Assembly (NCBI RefSeq): GCF_013315695.1
Contig: NZ_CP054353.1
DNA from: Escherichia coli
GTDB lineage: Bacteria; Pseudomonadota; Gammaproteobacteria; Enterobacterales; Enterobacteriaceae
DNA length: 64,000 bases
Reading direction: 5' to 3' (one strand)
Program-made: the position numbers and the translations under genes
Notes under the pieces: generated by a model
Database searches by the model: none
What the model saw: only the letters and a program-made list of their open reading frames with translations
What the model was told of the DNA's origin: nothing
Shown: piece by piece, positions 11,325-25,159 of the stretch
Position numbering within the stretch: position 1 is the first letter of the stretch
Layout of the letters: every line of letters begins with the position of its first letter

Positions 11325-12154
11325 TGATAATAGCGGCCGAGCGTGACGCGCTCGTTATCACCATAGTCCCGACAGGTTTCGACGTCATGATATCCCGCGT
11401 GGATAAATGCCTGTCGCACCGCTTCGCCCTGCTGCCAGCCATGTTCCAGAAGCAGAAAGCCGCCGGATACCAGCGCGTTACGCGACTGTTCGATGATATG
11501 CACGATGTCGGCCATTCCACTGTCAGCCGCAACCAGTGCAGTGAGCGGCTCAAAGCGGACATCGCCTTGTTGAAGATGTGGGTCCTGCTCGTCAATATAC
11601 GGCGGATTGCTGACAATCATCGCAAACTGCTGCCCGGCTAGCGCGCTAAACCAGTCACTTTGCAGAATGTGGATATTTTTGATCGCCAGATTCTGGGCAT
11701 TACGTTGCGCCAGAGAGACAGCATCGGGCATACAATCTACAGCGGTAATTTCGCAGTCCGGACGCTCGCTGGCAAGCGCCAGCGCAATCGCCCCGGTACC
11801 CGTCCCGAGATCGAGAATACGGCAAGGCTGTTCAGGCAACCGCGCCAGTGCCTGCTCCACCAGACACTCCGTATCCGGGCGCGGAATTAAGGTCGCTGGC
11901 GAAACAAATAACGGCAACGACCAGAATTCTCGCACCCCGGTTAAATGAGCAATGGGTTCACCATCGCGACGACGCGTCAGTAGCGCATCAAGTTGCTGAC
12001 ATTGTTCGTCAGTCAGCTGCGTTTCACCAAAGGCGAGAATAAAAGTACGCCCTCTGCCGGTAACATGCTCCAGCAGGATTTCAGCATCACGCCGCGGGCT
12101 TTCGCTCGCCTGAAGTTGGCTTATTGCTTCACGTAACCAGTGTTGATATTCCAT
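11321..12154 (-). CDS. prmC: Release factor glutamine methyltransferase PrmC (HemK)
   Basis: 277 aa with NPPY motif (SNPPYIDEQDP) and SAM-binding LDLGTGTGAI; start overlaps prfA stop. Confidence 0.95.
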   Translation of the reverse strand: MEYQHWLREAISQLQASESPRRDAEILLEHVTGRGRTFILAFGETQLTDEQCQQLDALLTRRRDGEPIAHLTGVREFWSLPLFVSPATLIPRPDTECLVEQALARLPEQPCRILDLGTGTGAIALALASERPDCEITAVDCMPDAVSLAQRNAQNLAIKNIHILQSDWFSALAGQQFAMIVSNPPYIDEQDPHLQQGDVRFEPLTALVAADSGMADIVHIIEQSRNALVSGGFLLLEHGWQQGEAVRQAFIHAGYHDVETCRDYGDNERVTLGRYYQ

Positions 12155-13236
12155 TATTCCTGCTCGGACAACGCCGCCAGTTGGTCGGCCTGATGTTCCT
12201 GGATAATCGGTTCAATCAGCATATCCAGCTTACCTTCCATCACTTCATCCAGGCGGTAGAGCGTCAGGTTGATGCGGTGATCGGTAACGCGCCCCTGCGG
12301 GAAGTTGTAAGTACGGTTACGGTCGCTGCGATCGCCACTCCCCAGCAGGTTACGACGGGTAGACGCTTCGGCCTGTTGCCGTTTTGCCATTTCAGCAGCG
12401 TGGATGCGAGCACCGAGTACAGAAAGTGCTTTAGCTTTGTTTTTATGTTGTGAACGTTCGTCCTGACATTCAACAACAATTCCGGTCGGCAAGTGAGTAA
12501 TACGAATTGCCGAATCGGTGGTGTTAACGTGCTGCCCTCCCGCCCCTGACGAGCGGAAAGTATCAATGCGCAAATCTGCTGGGTTGATGTCCGGCAGTTC
12601 TGCATCAGGCAGTTCTGGCATTACCGCAACGGTACAAGCGGAAGTATGAATTCGACCCTGCGATTCCGTAGCAGGCACACGCTGCACGCGATGACCGCCA
12701 GATTCGAATTTCAAACGACCATATACACCATCACCGCTAATTTTGGCGATGATCTCTTTATAACCACCATGTTCACCCTCGCTGGCGCTCATGATTTCTA
12801 CACGCCAGCGGCGGGCTTCGGCGTAACGGCTGTACATACGGAACAGATCGCCTGCGAACAGCGCCGCTTCGTCGCCGCCGGTTCCGGCACGGACTTCGAG
12901 GAAGGCGTTACGTTCGTCATCAGGATCTTTTGGTAGTAACAGAACCTGTAATTGCTGTTCCAGTTGCTCGCTTTTTTCTTTAGCTTCGCGCAGTTCATCC
13001 TGCGCCATCTCACGCATTTCAGGCTCATCGAGCATCATCTGTGCGGTTTCGATATCTTCCTGAACCTGTTGCCAGTCGGTAAAACAGCGCGAAACATCAC
13101 TTAACTGCGCATATTCACGAGATAATGCGCGAAAACGTTCCTGGTCAGCGATGGTTTGCGCATCACCCAACAACGCCTGAACTTCTTCATGGCGTTCATG
13201 CAGGGCTTCCAGTTTGGCAACGATAGAAGGCTTCAT
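12154..13236 (-). CDS. prfA: Peptide chain release factor 1
   Basis: 360 aa with GGQ motif ([14 protein letters not shown]). Confidence 0.95.
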   Translation of the reverse strand: MKPSIVAKLEALHERHEEVQALLGDAQTIADQERFRALSREYAQLSDVSRCFTDWQQVQEDIETAQMMLDEPEMREMAQDELREAKEKSEQLEQQLQVLLLPKDPDDERNAFLEVRAGTGGDEAALFAGDLFRMYSRYAEARRWRVEIMSASEGEHGGYKEIIAKISGDGVYGRLKFESGGHRVQRVPATESQGRIHTSACTVAVMPELPDAELPDINPADLRIDTFRSSGAGGQHVNTTDSAIRITHLPTGIVVECQDERSQHKNKAKALSVLGARIHAAEMAKRQQAEASTRRNLLGSGDRSDRNRTYNFPQGRVTDHRINLTLYRLDEVMEGKLDMLIEPIIQEHQADQLAALSEQE

Positions 13237-13277
13237 AGGCGTAAATGCACCCTGTAAAAAAAGAAAATGATGTACTG

Positions 13278-14534
13278 CTACTCCAGCCCGAGGCTGTCGC
13301 GCAGAATATTCAGGCGTTCGTTATCCCCGTCACGGGCAGCCTGTTGAAGTGATTTTGTTGGTGCATGGATCAGGCGGTTAGTCAGTTTCCATGCCAGATC
13401 CTGCATAATGGCTTGGGCGTCGCCGCCCTGCTCAAGGGCCGCTAACGCTTTGGCGGTTAACTCATCGCGAACGTGCTCTGCCTGGCTGCGATACTCGCGA
13501 ATGGTCTCGCTGGCGCTTTGTGCACGCAACCACGCCATAAATTCGCTGGTTTCCTGAGCGACTATAGTTTCCGCCTCAACTGCTGCGGCTTTACGCTGCG
13601 CCAGATTGTGCGAAATAATGCTTTGCAGATCGTCAACGCTATAAAGATAAGCATTCGCCAGTTTACCAACTTCCGGCTCAACATCGCGCGGAACGGCAAT
13701 ATCCACCAGCAGCATTGGTTGATTGCGACGGCTTTTTAATGCGCGCTCCACCATGCCTTTACCGATAATAGGCAACGGGCTGGCGGTGGAACTGATGATG
13801 ATATCGGCTTCGCGCAGACGCTCGTCGATATCGCTCAGGGCAATCACTTCCGCGCCGACTTCATCTGCCAGAATTTGGGCACGTTCGCGAGTGCGGTTGG
13901 CGATAATCATCTTCTGTACTTTGTGTTCACGCAGATGACGCGCCACCAGCTCGATGGTTTCGCCCGCACCCACCAGCAGTACCGTCACCGTAGAGAGCGA
14001 TTCAAAGATCTGCCGCGCCAGCGTACAAGCCGCAAAAGCGACAGACACAGCACTGGCACCGATATCTGTTTCAGTGCGAACGCGTTTCGCTACAGAGAAA
14101 GATTTCTGAAACATGCGTTCCAGTTCGCTGGCCTTCATATGACCTTTTTGCGAATCGGCAAACGCTTTTTTCACCTGACCGAGGATCTGCGGCTCGCCAA
14201 GGACGAGAGAATCAAGCCCACTGGCAACGCGCATTAAATGACTGACCGCATCGTTATCCTGATGCCAGTAGAGGCTATTACGCAGATCGTCTTCGTTGAG
14301 ATTATGGTAATCACACAACCAGCGAATGAGCGCCTCTTGCAGGTCATCCCGTTCTTCAACGCTGAGATAAAGTTCTGTGCGGTTACACGTCGACAGCACC
14401 ACACCGCCCTGCACCATCGGCTGCGCAAGCAGGCTGTCAAGCGCCTGATCGAGCTTATCCGGCGAAAACGATACACGTTCTCGCAGCGATACAGGTGCCG
14501 TTTTATGGTTGATACCGAGTGCTAAAAGGGTCAT
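13278..14534 (-). CDS. hemA: Glutamyl-tRNA reductase
   Basis: 418 aa from ATG at 14532-14534 ([21 protein letters not shown]...); the 484-aa track ORF is an upstream in-frame extension. Confidence 0.95.
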   Translation of the reverse strand: MTLLALGINHKTAPVSLRERVSFSPDKLDQALDSLLAQPMVQGGVVLSTCNRTELYLSVEERDDLQEALIRWLCDYHNLNEDDLRNSLYWHQDNDAVSHLMRVASGLDSLVLGEPQILGQVKKAFADSQKGHMKASELERMFQKSFSVAKRVRTETDIGASAVSVAFAACTLARQIFESLSTVTVLLVGAGETIELVARHLREHKVQKMIIANRTRERAQILADEVGAEVIALSDIDERLREADIIISSTASPLPIIGKGMVERALKSRRNQPMLLVDIAVPRDVEPEVGKLANAYLYSVDDLQSIISHNLAQRKAAAVEAETIVAQETSEFMAWLRAQSASETIREYRSQAEHVRDELTAKALAALEQGGDAQAIMQDLAWKLTNRLIHAPTKSLQQAARDGDNERLNILRDSLGLE

Positions 14535-14678
14535 GTCTGCGGGAAATAATACCAACGTTGATAGGGTTAGTCTGCTTGCATCATACAGGATGCGTAAGAT
14601 CAATAAAAGAGAGCGCCCCCTTTTGGAGTAATTGCCGAAAGCCGTTAGATTCTGGCAATTAAGACAACGTGAACATAG

Positions 14679-15370
<692 letters not shown>

Positions 15371-15371
<1 letters not shown>

Positions 15372-16222
15372 TGCGGACACAGTGGCCCTCTCCGGCAAAA
15401 CTTAATCTGTTTTTATACATTACCGGTCAGCGTGCGGATGGTTACCACACGCTGCAAACGCTGTTTCAGTTTCTTGATTACGGCGACACCATCAACATTG
15501 AGCTTCGTGACGATGGGGATATTCGTCTGTTAACGCCCGTTGAAGGCGTGGAACATGAAGATAACCTGATCGTTCGCGCAGCGCGGTTATTGATGAAAAC
15601 TGCGGCAGACAGCGGGCGTCTTCCGACGGGAAGCGGTGCGAATATCAGCATTGACAAGCGTTTGCCGATGGGCGGCGGTCTCGGCGGTGGTTCATCCAAT
15701 GCCGCGACGGTCCTGGTGGCATTAAATCATCTCTGGCAATGCGGGCTAAGCATGGATGAGCTGGCGGAAATGGGACTGACGCTGGGCGCAGATGTTCCTG
15801 TCTTTGTTCGGGGGCATGCCGCGTTTGCCGAAGGCGTTGGTGAAATACTAACGCCGGTGGATCCGCCAGAGAAGTGGTATCTGGTGGCGCACCCTGGTGT
15901 AAGTATTCCGACACCGGTGATTTTTAAAGATCCTGAACTCCCGCGCAATACGCCAAAAAGGTCAATAGAAACGTTGCTAAAATGTGAATTCAGCAATGAT
16001 TGCGAGGTTATCGCAAGAAAACGTTTTCGCGAGGTTGATGCGGTGCTTTCCTGGCTGTTAGAATACGCCCCGTCGCGCCTGACTGGGACAGGGGCCTGTG
16101 TCTTTGCTGAATTTGATACAGAGTCTGAAGCCCGCCAGGTGCTAGAGCAAGCCCCGGAATGGCTCAATGGCTTTGTGGCGAAAGGCGTTAATCTTTCCCC
16201 ATTGCACAGAGCCATGCTTTAA
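15371..16222 (+). CDS. ispE: 4-diphosphocytidyl-2-C-methyl-D-erythritol kinase
   Basis: 283 aa GHMP kinase with glycine-rich loop [14 protein letters not shown]; start overlaps lolB stop. Confidence 0.95.
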
Positions 16223-16246
16223 GCCGGGCAAGCTGAGTTTCGGTGA

Positions 16247-17320
<1,074 letters not shown>

Positions 17321-17336
17321 TCGAACCCGGCTCAAA

Positions 17337-17360
17337 GACCCGCTGCGGCGGGTTTTTTTG
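17337..17360 (+). terminator. Intrinsic terminator after prs
   Basis: CCCGC-TGCG-GCGGG hairpin followed by TTTTTTT. Confidence 0.7.
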
Positions 17361-17444
17361 TCTGTAATATCCATTTGTATGACCTATGCCTCCTTCACCT
17401 GCCATTTAGTTGACAGATGATGCGCTCACGGATGAAACATTATT

Positions 17445-19124
17445 GTGAACAAAATATTTTCCTCACATGTGATGCCTTTCCGCGCTCTGATCGACGCTTG
17501 CTGGAAAGAAAAATATACTGCCGCACGGTTTACCCGTGACCTGATTGCCGGGATAACCGTCGGGATTATTGCTATCCCGCTGGCAATGGCGTTGGCTATT
17601 GGTAGTGGTGTGGCACCCCAGTACGGTTTATATACCGCAGCCGTTGCGGGGATTGTCATTGCTCTGACGGGTGGGTCACGCTTTAGCGTTTCCGGTCCGA
17701 CTGCGGCATTTGTGGTAATTCTCTATCCCGTTTCGCAACAGTTTGGACTGGCAGGACTGCTGGTTGCGACCTTGCTGTCGGGGATCTTTTTGATTCTGAT
17801 GGGGCTGGCACGCTTTGGGCGCCTGATTGAGTATATTCCGGTTTCCGTCACCTTAGGTTTCACCTCGGGTATCGGGATCACCATCGGTACCATGCAGATT
17901 AAAGATTTTCTCGGTCTGCAAATGGCCCATGTCCCGGAACATTATCTACAAAAAGTCGGCGCATTATTTATGGCGCTGCCGACCATTAATGTGGGTGATG
18001 CAGCCATTGGCATTGTGACGCTTGGCATTCTGGTTTTCTGGCCGCGTCTGGGCATTCGTTTGCCTGGTCACCTTCCGGCCTTGCTGGCTGGTTGCGCGGT
18101 GATGGGGATTGTTAACCTGCTCGGCGGACATGTTGCTACCATCGGTTCGCAATTCCACTACGTTCTGGCCGATGGTTCTCAGGGTAACGGTATTCCGCAA
18201 TTGCTGCCACAACTGGTGCTGCCGTGGGATCTACCTGATTCAGAATTCACGCTAACCTGGGATTCTATTCGCACACTGCTGCCTGCGGCATTCTCAATGG
18301 CAATGCTCGGCGCAATCGAATCTCTGCTCTGCGCCGTGGTGCTGGATGGTATGACCGGGACGAAACACAAGGCGAACAGCGAACTGGTTGGACAGGGATT
18401 GGGGAATATCATCGCCCCGTTCTTTGGTGGTATTACCGCTACAGCTGCCATCGCGCGCTCTGCCGCTAACGTCCGTGCCGGGGCAACTTCCCCTATCTCG
18501 GCGGTGATCCACTCTATTCTGGTTATTCTTGCCCTGCTGGTACTGGCACCGCTGCTCTCCTGGCTGCCGCTTTCCGCCATGGCTGCCCTGCTGTTGATGG
18601 TGGCGTGGAACATGAGTGAAGCGCACAAAGTGGTCGACTTGCTGCGTCATGCACCGAAAGATGACATCATTGTCATGCTGTTGTGCATGTCGCTGACCGT
18701 GCTGTTTGATATGGTTATTGCCATCAGCGTGGGGATCGTGCTGGCATCGCTGCTGTTTATGCGTCGTATCGCACGTATGACTCGCCTGGCACCGGTAGTC
18801 GTAGATGTTCCAGACGATGTCCTGGTACTGCGCGTTATTGGCCCGCTGTTTTTTGCTGCTGCTGAAGGCTTATTCACAGACCTGGAGTCACGTCTTGAAG
18901 GCAAACGGATTGTGATTCTGAAGTGGGATGCCGTTCCGGTACTTGATGCTGGTGGTCTTGATGCGTTCCAGCGTTTTGTGAAGCGTCTACCCGAAGGATG
19001 TGAACTGCGCGTGTGCAACGTGGAATTCCAGCCACTGCGCACGATGGCTCGCGCAGGCATTCAACCGATCCCGGGCCGCCTTGCTTTCTTCCCGAATCGT
19101 CGCGCGGCGATGGCGGATTTATAA
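17445..19124 (+). CDS. dauA: SulP-family C4-dicarboxylate transporter DauA (YchM) with STAS domain
   Basis: 559-aa polytopic membrane ORF with C-terminal STAS-like region. Confidence 0.9.
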   Translation: MNKIFSSHVMPFRALIDACWKEKYTAARFTRDLIAGITVGIIAIPLAMALAIGSGVAPQYGLYTAAVAGIVIALTGGSRFSVSGPTAAFVVILYPVSQQFGLAGLLVATLLSGIFLILMGLARFGRLIEYIPVSVTLGFTSGIGITIGTMQIKDFLGLQMAHVPEHYLQKVGALFMALPTINVGDAAIGIVTLGILVFWPRLGIRLPGHLPALLAGCAVMGIVNLLGGHVATIGSQFHYVLADGSQGNGIPQLLPQLVLPWDLPDSEFTLTWDSIRTLLPAAFSMAMLGAIESLLCAVVLDGMTGTKHKANSELVGQGLGNIIAPFFGGITATAAIARSAANVRAGATSPISAVIHSILVILALLVLAPLLSWLPLSAMAALLLMVAWNMSEAHKVVDLLRHAPKDDIIVMLLCMSLTVLFDMVIAISVGIVLASLLFMRRIARMTRLAPVVVDVPDDVLVLRVIGPLFFAAAEGLFTDLESRLEGKRIVILKWDAVPVLDAGGLDAFQRFVKRLPEGCELRVCNVEFQPLRTMARAGIQPIPGRLAFFPNRRAAMADL

Positions 19125-19178
19125 GTACGAGATTGACCAGTCAGAGCAAACTGACTGGTCAGTAAACTGCAGTATTTG

Positions 19179-19457
19179 TTAGCTATGACGGCGATTATCG
19201 CTACGGCGGCAACGTTTGTCATAGTGGCGAACCCACCAGTAACGGTCGCACACCTGTTCATGCCCGCCAACACGGGCACCCGCCAGCCAGAGAATGGCAC
19301 CGACGAAAATACTTAGCACTGCACCATGTGAGAAATACTGGGGCATATTAAACTGTGGTAACTGGTTGAGGATTGAATACCCCACACCGACCACCATTAC
19401 CACCAGACCCAACCCCATGAGCACGTTACCGAGTAACGAAGCGTTTTTGCGTTTCAT
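19179..19457 (-). CDS. ychH: Small inner membrane stress-induced protein YchH
   Basis: 92-aa ORF MKRKNASLLGNVLMGLGLVVMVVGVGYSILNQ... Confidence 0.85.
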   Translation of the reverse strand: MKRKNASLLGNVLMGLGLVVMVVGVGYSILNQLPQFNMPQYFSHGAVLSIFVGAILWLAGARVGGHEQVCDRYWWVRHYDKRCRRSDNRRHS

Positions 19458-19734
19458 ATGTCACCTCCGGAACTTTCTGGGTTGTAACAGGGAATACCCC
19501 TCTTCCTTATGTGTAAAGTATAGACAACACCCTGTGGGTTATGTGCGGGCGTGATCACAATTACAACCCTTATTTCAACAAAACTTTACAAATAAACGCC
19601 TGAACACCTTGGCTTTCTAATAGTCCACTCAGGCAATTATTGCGTTATCTGCATTTGATACGCAGTTTTTTGTCAAGCGGGGCCGCAACCAGTAAACTAC
19701 GCGCCAGTTATGTACACACTCAGGACAAAAAAAC

Positions 19735-20319
19735 GTGACGATTAAATTGATTGTCGGCCTGGCGAACCCCGGCGCTGAATACGCCGCAACGCGACATAAT
19801 GCTGGTGCCTGGTTCGTTGACTTACTGGCAGAGCGATTGCGCGCTCCGCTGCGCGAAGAGGCTAAATTCTTTGGTTATACTTCGCGAGTCACCCTTGGAG
19901 GCGAAGATGTCCGCCTGTTAGTCCCGACTACATTTATGAATCTCAGCGGCAAAGCCGTTGCGGCGATGGCCAGTTTTTTCCGTATTAATCCGGACGAAAT
20001 TCTGGTGGCCCACGACGAACTGGATCTGCCTCCTGGCGTCGCCAAATTTAAGTTGGGCGGTGGCCATGGTGGTCACAATGGACTGAAAGACATCATCAGT
20101 AAATTGGGTAATAACCCTAACTTTCACCGTTTACGCATCGGAATTGGTCATCCAGGCGATAAAAATAAAGTTGTCGGTTTTGTGTTAGGCAAACCGCCTG
20201 TTAGTGAACAGAAGTTAATTGATGAAGCCATCGACGAAGCGGCACGTTGTACTGAAATGTGGTTTACAGATGGCTTGACCAAAGCAACGAACCGATTGCA
20301 CGCCTTTAAAGCGCAATAA
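19735..20319 (+). CDS. pth: Peptidyl-tRNA hydrolase
   Basis: 194 aa [29 protein letters not shown]... Confidence 0.95.
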
Positions 20320-20435
20320 GTCGTTGTCTGCGGCATTTTTGCCGAGTGCCGTGTATAATAGGCAAAGTTATTTCCATTTCTGCAATCTGTTAGCAATAAC
20401 AGGTTGATTATTAAGATATTAAGGTGATTTAAATC

Positions 20436-21527
20436 ATGGGATTCAAATGCGGTATCGTCGGTTTGCCCAACGTCGGGAAATCTACCCTGTTCAACGCGCT
20501 GACCAAAGCCGGTATTGAAGCGGCCAACTTTCCATTCTGTACCATTGAGCCGAACACAGGCGTCGTACCAATGCCTGACCCTCGCCTGGATCAACTGGCT
20601 GAAATCGTAAAACCGCAGCGTACGCTTCCCACGACCATGGAATTTGTCGATATCGCCGGTCTGGTAAAAGGCGCATCGAAAGGCGAAGGTCTGGGTAACC
20701 AGTTCCTGACCAACATCCGTGAAACCGAAGCGATCGGTCACGTTGTTCGCTGCTTTGAAAATGACAACATCATTCACGTTTCCGGCAAAGTTAACCCGGC
20801 GGATGATATTGAAGTTATCAACACCGAACTGGCGCTGGCGGATCTCGACACCTGTGAACGTGCGATTCATCGCGTACAGAAGAAAGCCAAAGGTGGCGAT
20901 AAAGACGCGAAAGCTGAGCTGGCGGTCCTGGAAAAATGCCTGCCCCAGCTGGAAAACGCAGGTATGCTGCGCGCGCTGGATTTAAGCGCTGAAGAGAAAG
21001 CGGCTATTCGTTACCTGAGCTTCCTGACGCTGAAACCAACAATGTACATCGCCAACGTCAACGAAGACGGTTTTGAAAACAACCCGTATCTTGACCAGGT
21101 GCGTGAAATCGCGGCGAAAGAAGGTTCTGTTGTGGTTCCGGTTTGTGCTGCTGTTGAAGCAGACATTGCCGAACTGGACGACGAAGAACGTGACGAGTTT
21201 ATGCAGGAGCTTGGGCTGGAAGAGCCGGGCCTGAACCGTGTGATCCGTGCCGGTTATAAGCTGCTGAACCTGCAAACTTACTTCACCGCTGGGGTGAAAG
21301 AAGTACGTGCATGGACCATTCCGGTTGGTGCAACCGCGCCGCAGGCCGCTGGCAAAATCCATACTGATTTTGAAAAAGGCTTTATCCGTGCACAAACCAT
21401 CTCGTTTGAAGATTTCATCACTTACAAAGGTGAACAAGGCGCGAAAGAAGCAGGCAAAATGCGTGCAGAAGGCAAAGATTACATCGTTAAAGATGGCGAT
21501 GTAATGAACTTCCTGTTCAACGTCTAA
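20436..21527 (+). CDS. ychF: Ribosome-binding ATPase YchF (Obg-like GTPase family)
   Basis: 363 aa with P-loop GLPNVGKST and C-terminal TGS domain. Confidence 0.95.
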
Positions 21528-21559
21528 TTCCGCTAATACTACTCTGGCGGTTAATAACG

Positions 21560-21594
21560 AGCCATTATGTGAGTTGCACGTAATGGCTTTTTTA
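21560..21594 (+). terminator. Intrinsic terminator after ychF
   Basis: GCCATTA...TAATGGC hairpin followed by TTTTTT. Confidence 0.6.
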
Positions 21595-21718
21595 CGCCTG
21601 CTACGCGTCTTCTTTCAATTCTGAGTTACCAAAACTCATAATCAGACTCCTGACAATATTAACAATGCAGCTTTTATGTGATAACAATCACAGTGCATTA
21701 ACCGTTCAAGAGTTTGTC

Positions 21719-21895
21719 ATGAAAAAAACATTTACCTTCAGCCTGTTAGCAATTGTCTTTGCAAGCCTGTTGAGTGCTTGTGTTCCCCACCATCATCACC
21801 GCCACAGCGATGGCCCTCGTGGTCCTGCGCCCTCCGGTAAGCCAATGCCACCTTCAAATGGTGGACCAAATCACGGCAGTCATGGTCGCTATTAA
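21719..21895 (+). CDS. Candidate small His/Pro/Gly-rich lipoprotein (58 aa)
   Basis: MKKTFTFSLLAIVFASLLSAC signal peptide with lipobox-like LSAC, then HHHHRH and Pro/Gly-rich tail; weak RBS. Occupies the position where I recall K-12 having ycgV. Confidence 0.4.
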   Translation: MKKTFTFSLLAIVFASLLSACVPHHHHRHSDGPRGPAPSGKPMPPSNGGPNHGSHGRY

Positions 21896-21931
21896 TTAGC
21901 AATTCATAGCGGGAAAGTACATACTCTCCCG

Positions 21932-23851
21932 CTATCCACGGCGCTTAAACTGCCCTGCATCAATGCCATGTTGCTTCATTTTCCGCCACAGCGTAGTGCG
22001 GCCGATTCCAAGTAAAGCCGACATTTCCTGAATGCGACCGCCTGTGACCTGGGCTGCGTTAATAATTGCCTCTTTTTCAACTTCCGCAAATGACAGACTG
22101 GTGGAAAGACGGGTGGCGCTGACATCATCTGTCGCCTGCTCGGTAAACAGATGTTCAGGTAAATCACTGACGCGAATGCGCCCGTTATCACTACTCAGAG
22201 CAAGATTCTCGATGACGCTGTAAAGTTCAAAATCGTTGCCTGGCCATGCACAAGAAACCAGGCGAGCGAGGGCATCGTCATCAATTTTCAGCCGCGTAGA
22301 GAAGCGTTTTTCAAGGCTGCGTAATTTGTTATTCACCAGCGCCGGAATGCTGCCACGCCGCATACGCAGTGGCGGGATGGTAATTTCAAATGCATGCAGC
22401 GCGTAATACAGCTGGCGACTAAAACGATTTTGTTCCACCAGCATTGCCAGGTCCGCGGTCGTTGTGGCAATCACTTTGACATCAATGGGTATTAAACGCC
22501 GCGCATCCAGTCGCGTGATAACCCCCTGCTTGATAACCTGAAGCAAAGCAGACTGTAACTCCACCGCCAGATATTCAATCTTTTCAAGAAACAGCGTGCC
22601 GCCGTGCGCCAGTTCCAGCCGACTCAGACGACCATTTTCATTGTCCGTGCGATCGCCGCCAATAAATTCTTCCGCCAGCGCCGCATCACCATATAACTCA
22701 CAATTGACGGCGATATAAGGCCCCGCTGCACGCTCACTTTCATTATGAATTGCCTGACTTAGCAGTGCCTTGCCCACGCCCTCTTCTCCACAAAGCAGGA
22801 CAGGAAGGCTACTGCGCGCCGCCTGGCGACCAAAATGAATCAAGCGGCGGGTTTGCGGATCGTCCTGTGGCATATGAGCGAAAGTATGGCTGACTTTTCC
22901 TAATTGACTGGTCATTAACTGCCGCATCTGTTCCACAGGATGGAGCAACAAAATAAAGCTGGTTCCCTGCGTTTCTATTATCGGTTTAAGGGTTATCACC
23001 GCATCAATAAACTGGTGCTGACTTTCAAAGGTTGCTTCTACGTGTTTGAGCGGATGTGCCTGTTTTATTGCTTGTTGCAATACGGCGGGTAACGTTAAGA
23101 GTTCAGTGATCGCCCTTCCCTGACTTGCCGTCGCGTCAAGGCGCAAGACCCGCGCCGCCTGGGCATTGATAAATTGCAAATTACCCTGCTCGTCCCAGCT
23201 AATCACACCATCATCCATACTTTCTAACAGGGCATTAAGTTGATTTAAATGACGGTTAGTTTCAGCGAGCAAACTGTCCGTCAGCAGTAAATTTCCGACC
23301 TCGCGTGCGATTGCCAACGTCAACGGCAAATCAGCTGCGGTAGTTTGCTCAACCGGACACGCCAGCGCTATTGTTCCCGTCAATCGGCCCTTGCTGTCAA
23401 ACAACGGCGTTGCACAAAAGGCCCAGTTCCAGAGTGCCTGTTTGAAATGTTGATCGGCCATCGTTTTCACGGCCTGACCAGAGATAGCCGCTAATGATAG
23501 CGCACAAGTACCAATAATTCCCTCGGCGCAATACGTGCCGTCATTGAATCCCAGTGCACTTAGCTGCTGCAAGGTTTGCGGATCGCCATTACGGCTGAGA
23601 ATGCAGGCGGTTTCATCGAGGATAAGCAACGCACACTCTCGCGGTGCCATATATTCCCAGGCATCTTCCAGCGCAGCCTGCCCGAGCGTCAGCATCGCTT
23701 TCTTACGCCGATAAATAGAAGCAAATGTCACGCCCTGGGCCTGGTGTGGTACGTTCCATGTCTCCCGTTTCATCAGCTTAATGCATCGCTCCCAGGAGGT
23801 TGCAATTAAGGGAGATATGTCCCGACCATCGTTGTTAAAAGCGCCACTCAT
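21932..23851 (-). CDS. dhaR: Dihydroxyacetone kinase operon transcriptional activator DhaR
   Basis: 639 aa from MSGAFNNDGRD; GAF/PAS sensory region, AAA+ sigma54-interaction-like core (LLCGEEGVGKA), C-terminal HTH. Confidence 0.9.
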   Translation of the reverse strand: MSGAFNNDGRDISPLIATSWERCIKLMKRETWNVPHQAQGVTFASIYRRKKAMLTLGQAALEDAWEYMAPRECALLILDETACILSRNGDPQTLQQLSALGFNDGTYCAEGIIGTCALSLAAISGQAVKTMADQHFKQALWNWAFCATPLFDSKGRLTGTIALACPVEQTTAADLPLTLAIAREVGNLLLTDSLLAETNRHLNQLNALLESMDDGVISWDEQGNLQFINAQAARVLRLDATASQGRAITELLTLPAVLQQAIKQAHPLKHVEATFESQHQFIDAVITLKPIIETQGTSFILLLHPVEQMRQLMTSQLGKVSHTFAHMPQDDPQTRRLIHFGRQAARSSLPVLLCGEEGVGKALLSQAIHNESERAAGPYIAVNCELYGDAALAEEFIGGDRTDNENGRLSRLELAHGGTLFLEKIEYLAVELQSALLQVIKQGVITRLDARRLIPIDVKVIATTTADLAMLVEQNRFSRQLYYALHAFEITIPPLRMRRGSIPALVNNKLRSLEKRFSTRLKIDDDALARLVSCAWPGNDFELYSVIENLALSSDNGRIRVSDLPEHLFTEQATDDVSATRLSTSLSFAEVEKEAIINAAQVTGGRIQEMSALLGIGRTTLWRKMKQHGIDAGQFKRRG

Positions 23852-24078
23852 ATCCCGCATCCCTTATGACAAAAGGTGTTCCGGCTCGCAATTTTAAGTA
23901 TTAATACACGTAAAAGTTTCAATATGGAACATTCATTAAAGAATATGTTTCACTATGAAACATAATTTGGGCTAATTTTCTTTTCCCTTGCCTGATGCAC
24001 AATGGATTCATCGGCAGTCAGTGGTCGCCGTGTCGTTGAACATCATCCATGCCCTACCGTAATTGCTGGAGCAAAATA

Positions 24079-25149
24079 ATGAAAAAATTGATCAATGATG
24101 TGCAAGACGTACTGGACGAACAACTGGCAGGACTAGCGAAAGCGCATCCATCGCTGACACTGCACCAGGATCCGGTGTATGTCACCCGAGCTGATGCCCC
24201 CGTTGCAGGTAAAGTCGCCCTGCTGTCGGGTGGCGGCAGCGGACACGAGCCGATGCACTGTGGCTATATCGGTCAGGGGATGCTTTCGGGAGCCTGTCCG
24301 GGCGAAATTTTCACCTCACCGACGCCCGATAAAATCTTTGAATGCGCCATGCAAATTGATGGCGGCGAAGGTGTACTGTTGATTATCAAAAATTACACCG
24401 GCGATATTCTTAACTTCGAAACAGCAACCGAGTTACTGCACGATAGCGGCGTAAAAGTGACCACTGTGGTCATTGATGACGACGTTGCAGTAAAAGACAG
24501 TCTTTATACCGCCGGGCGGCGCGGCGTTGCCAACACCGTATTAATTGAAAAACTCGTAGGTGCAGCGGCGGAGCGTGGCGACTCACTGGACGCCTGTGCG
24601 GAACTGGGGCGTAAGTTGAATAATCAAGGCCATTCAATAGGTATCGCTCTCGGTGCCTGTGCTGTTCCTGCCGCGGGCAAACCTTCTTTTACCCTGGCGG
24701 ATAATGAGATGGAATTTGGCGTCGGCATTCATGGTGAGCCAGGTATTGACCGCCGCCCCTTCTCTTCCCTTGATCAAACCGTCGATGAAATGTTCGACAC
24801 CCTGCTGGAAAATGGCTCATACCATCGCACTTTGCGTTTCTGGGATTATCAACAAGGCAGCTGGCAGGAAGAACCACAAACCAAACAACCGCTCCAGTCT
24901 GGCGATCGGGTGATTGCGCTGGTTAACAATCTTGGCGCAACTCCGCTTTCTGAGCTGTACGGCGTCTATAACCGCCTGACCACACGTTGCCAGCAAGCGG
25001 GATTGACTATCGAACGTAATTTAATTGGCGCGTACTGCACCTCACTGGATATGACCGGTTTCTCAATCACCTTACTGAAAGTTGATGACGAAACGCTGGC
25101 ACTCTGGGACGCCCCGGTCCACACCCCGGCCCTTAACTGGGGTAAATAA
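24079..25149 (+). CDS. dhaK: Dihydroxyacetone kinase subunit DhaK
   Basis: 356 aa from MKKLINDVQDVLDEQLAGL...; divergent from dhaR. Confidence 0.95.
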   Translation: MKKLINDVQDVLDEQLAGLAKAHPSLTLHQDPVYVTRADAPVAGKVALLSGGGSGHEPMHCGYIGQGMLSGACPGEIFTSPTPDKIFECAMQIDGGEGVLLIIKNYTGDILNFETATELLHDSGVKVTTVVIDDDVAVKDSLYTAGRRGVANTVLIEKLVGAAAERGDSLDACAELGRKLNNQGHSIGIALGACAVPAAGKPSFTLADNEMEFGVGIHGEPGIDRRPFSSLDQTVDEMFDTLLENGSYHRTLRFWDYQQGSWQEEPQTKQPLQSGDRVIALVNNLGATPLSELYGVYNRLTTRCQQAGLTIERNLIGAYCTSLDMTGFSITLLKVDDETLALWDAPVHTPALNWGK

Positions 25150-25159
25150 GGAGATAGCT

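Noticed and set aside
17964-18650. Several minus-strand ORFs (82-149 aa)
   Set aside because: All antisense within dauA; typical shadow ORFs of a GC-rich membrane-protein gene.
20148-20870. 240-aa minus-strand ORF
   Set aside because: Antisense across the pth 3' end, the pth-ychF intergenic region and the ychF 5' end; no domain-like sequence.
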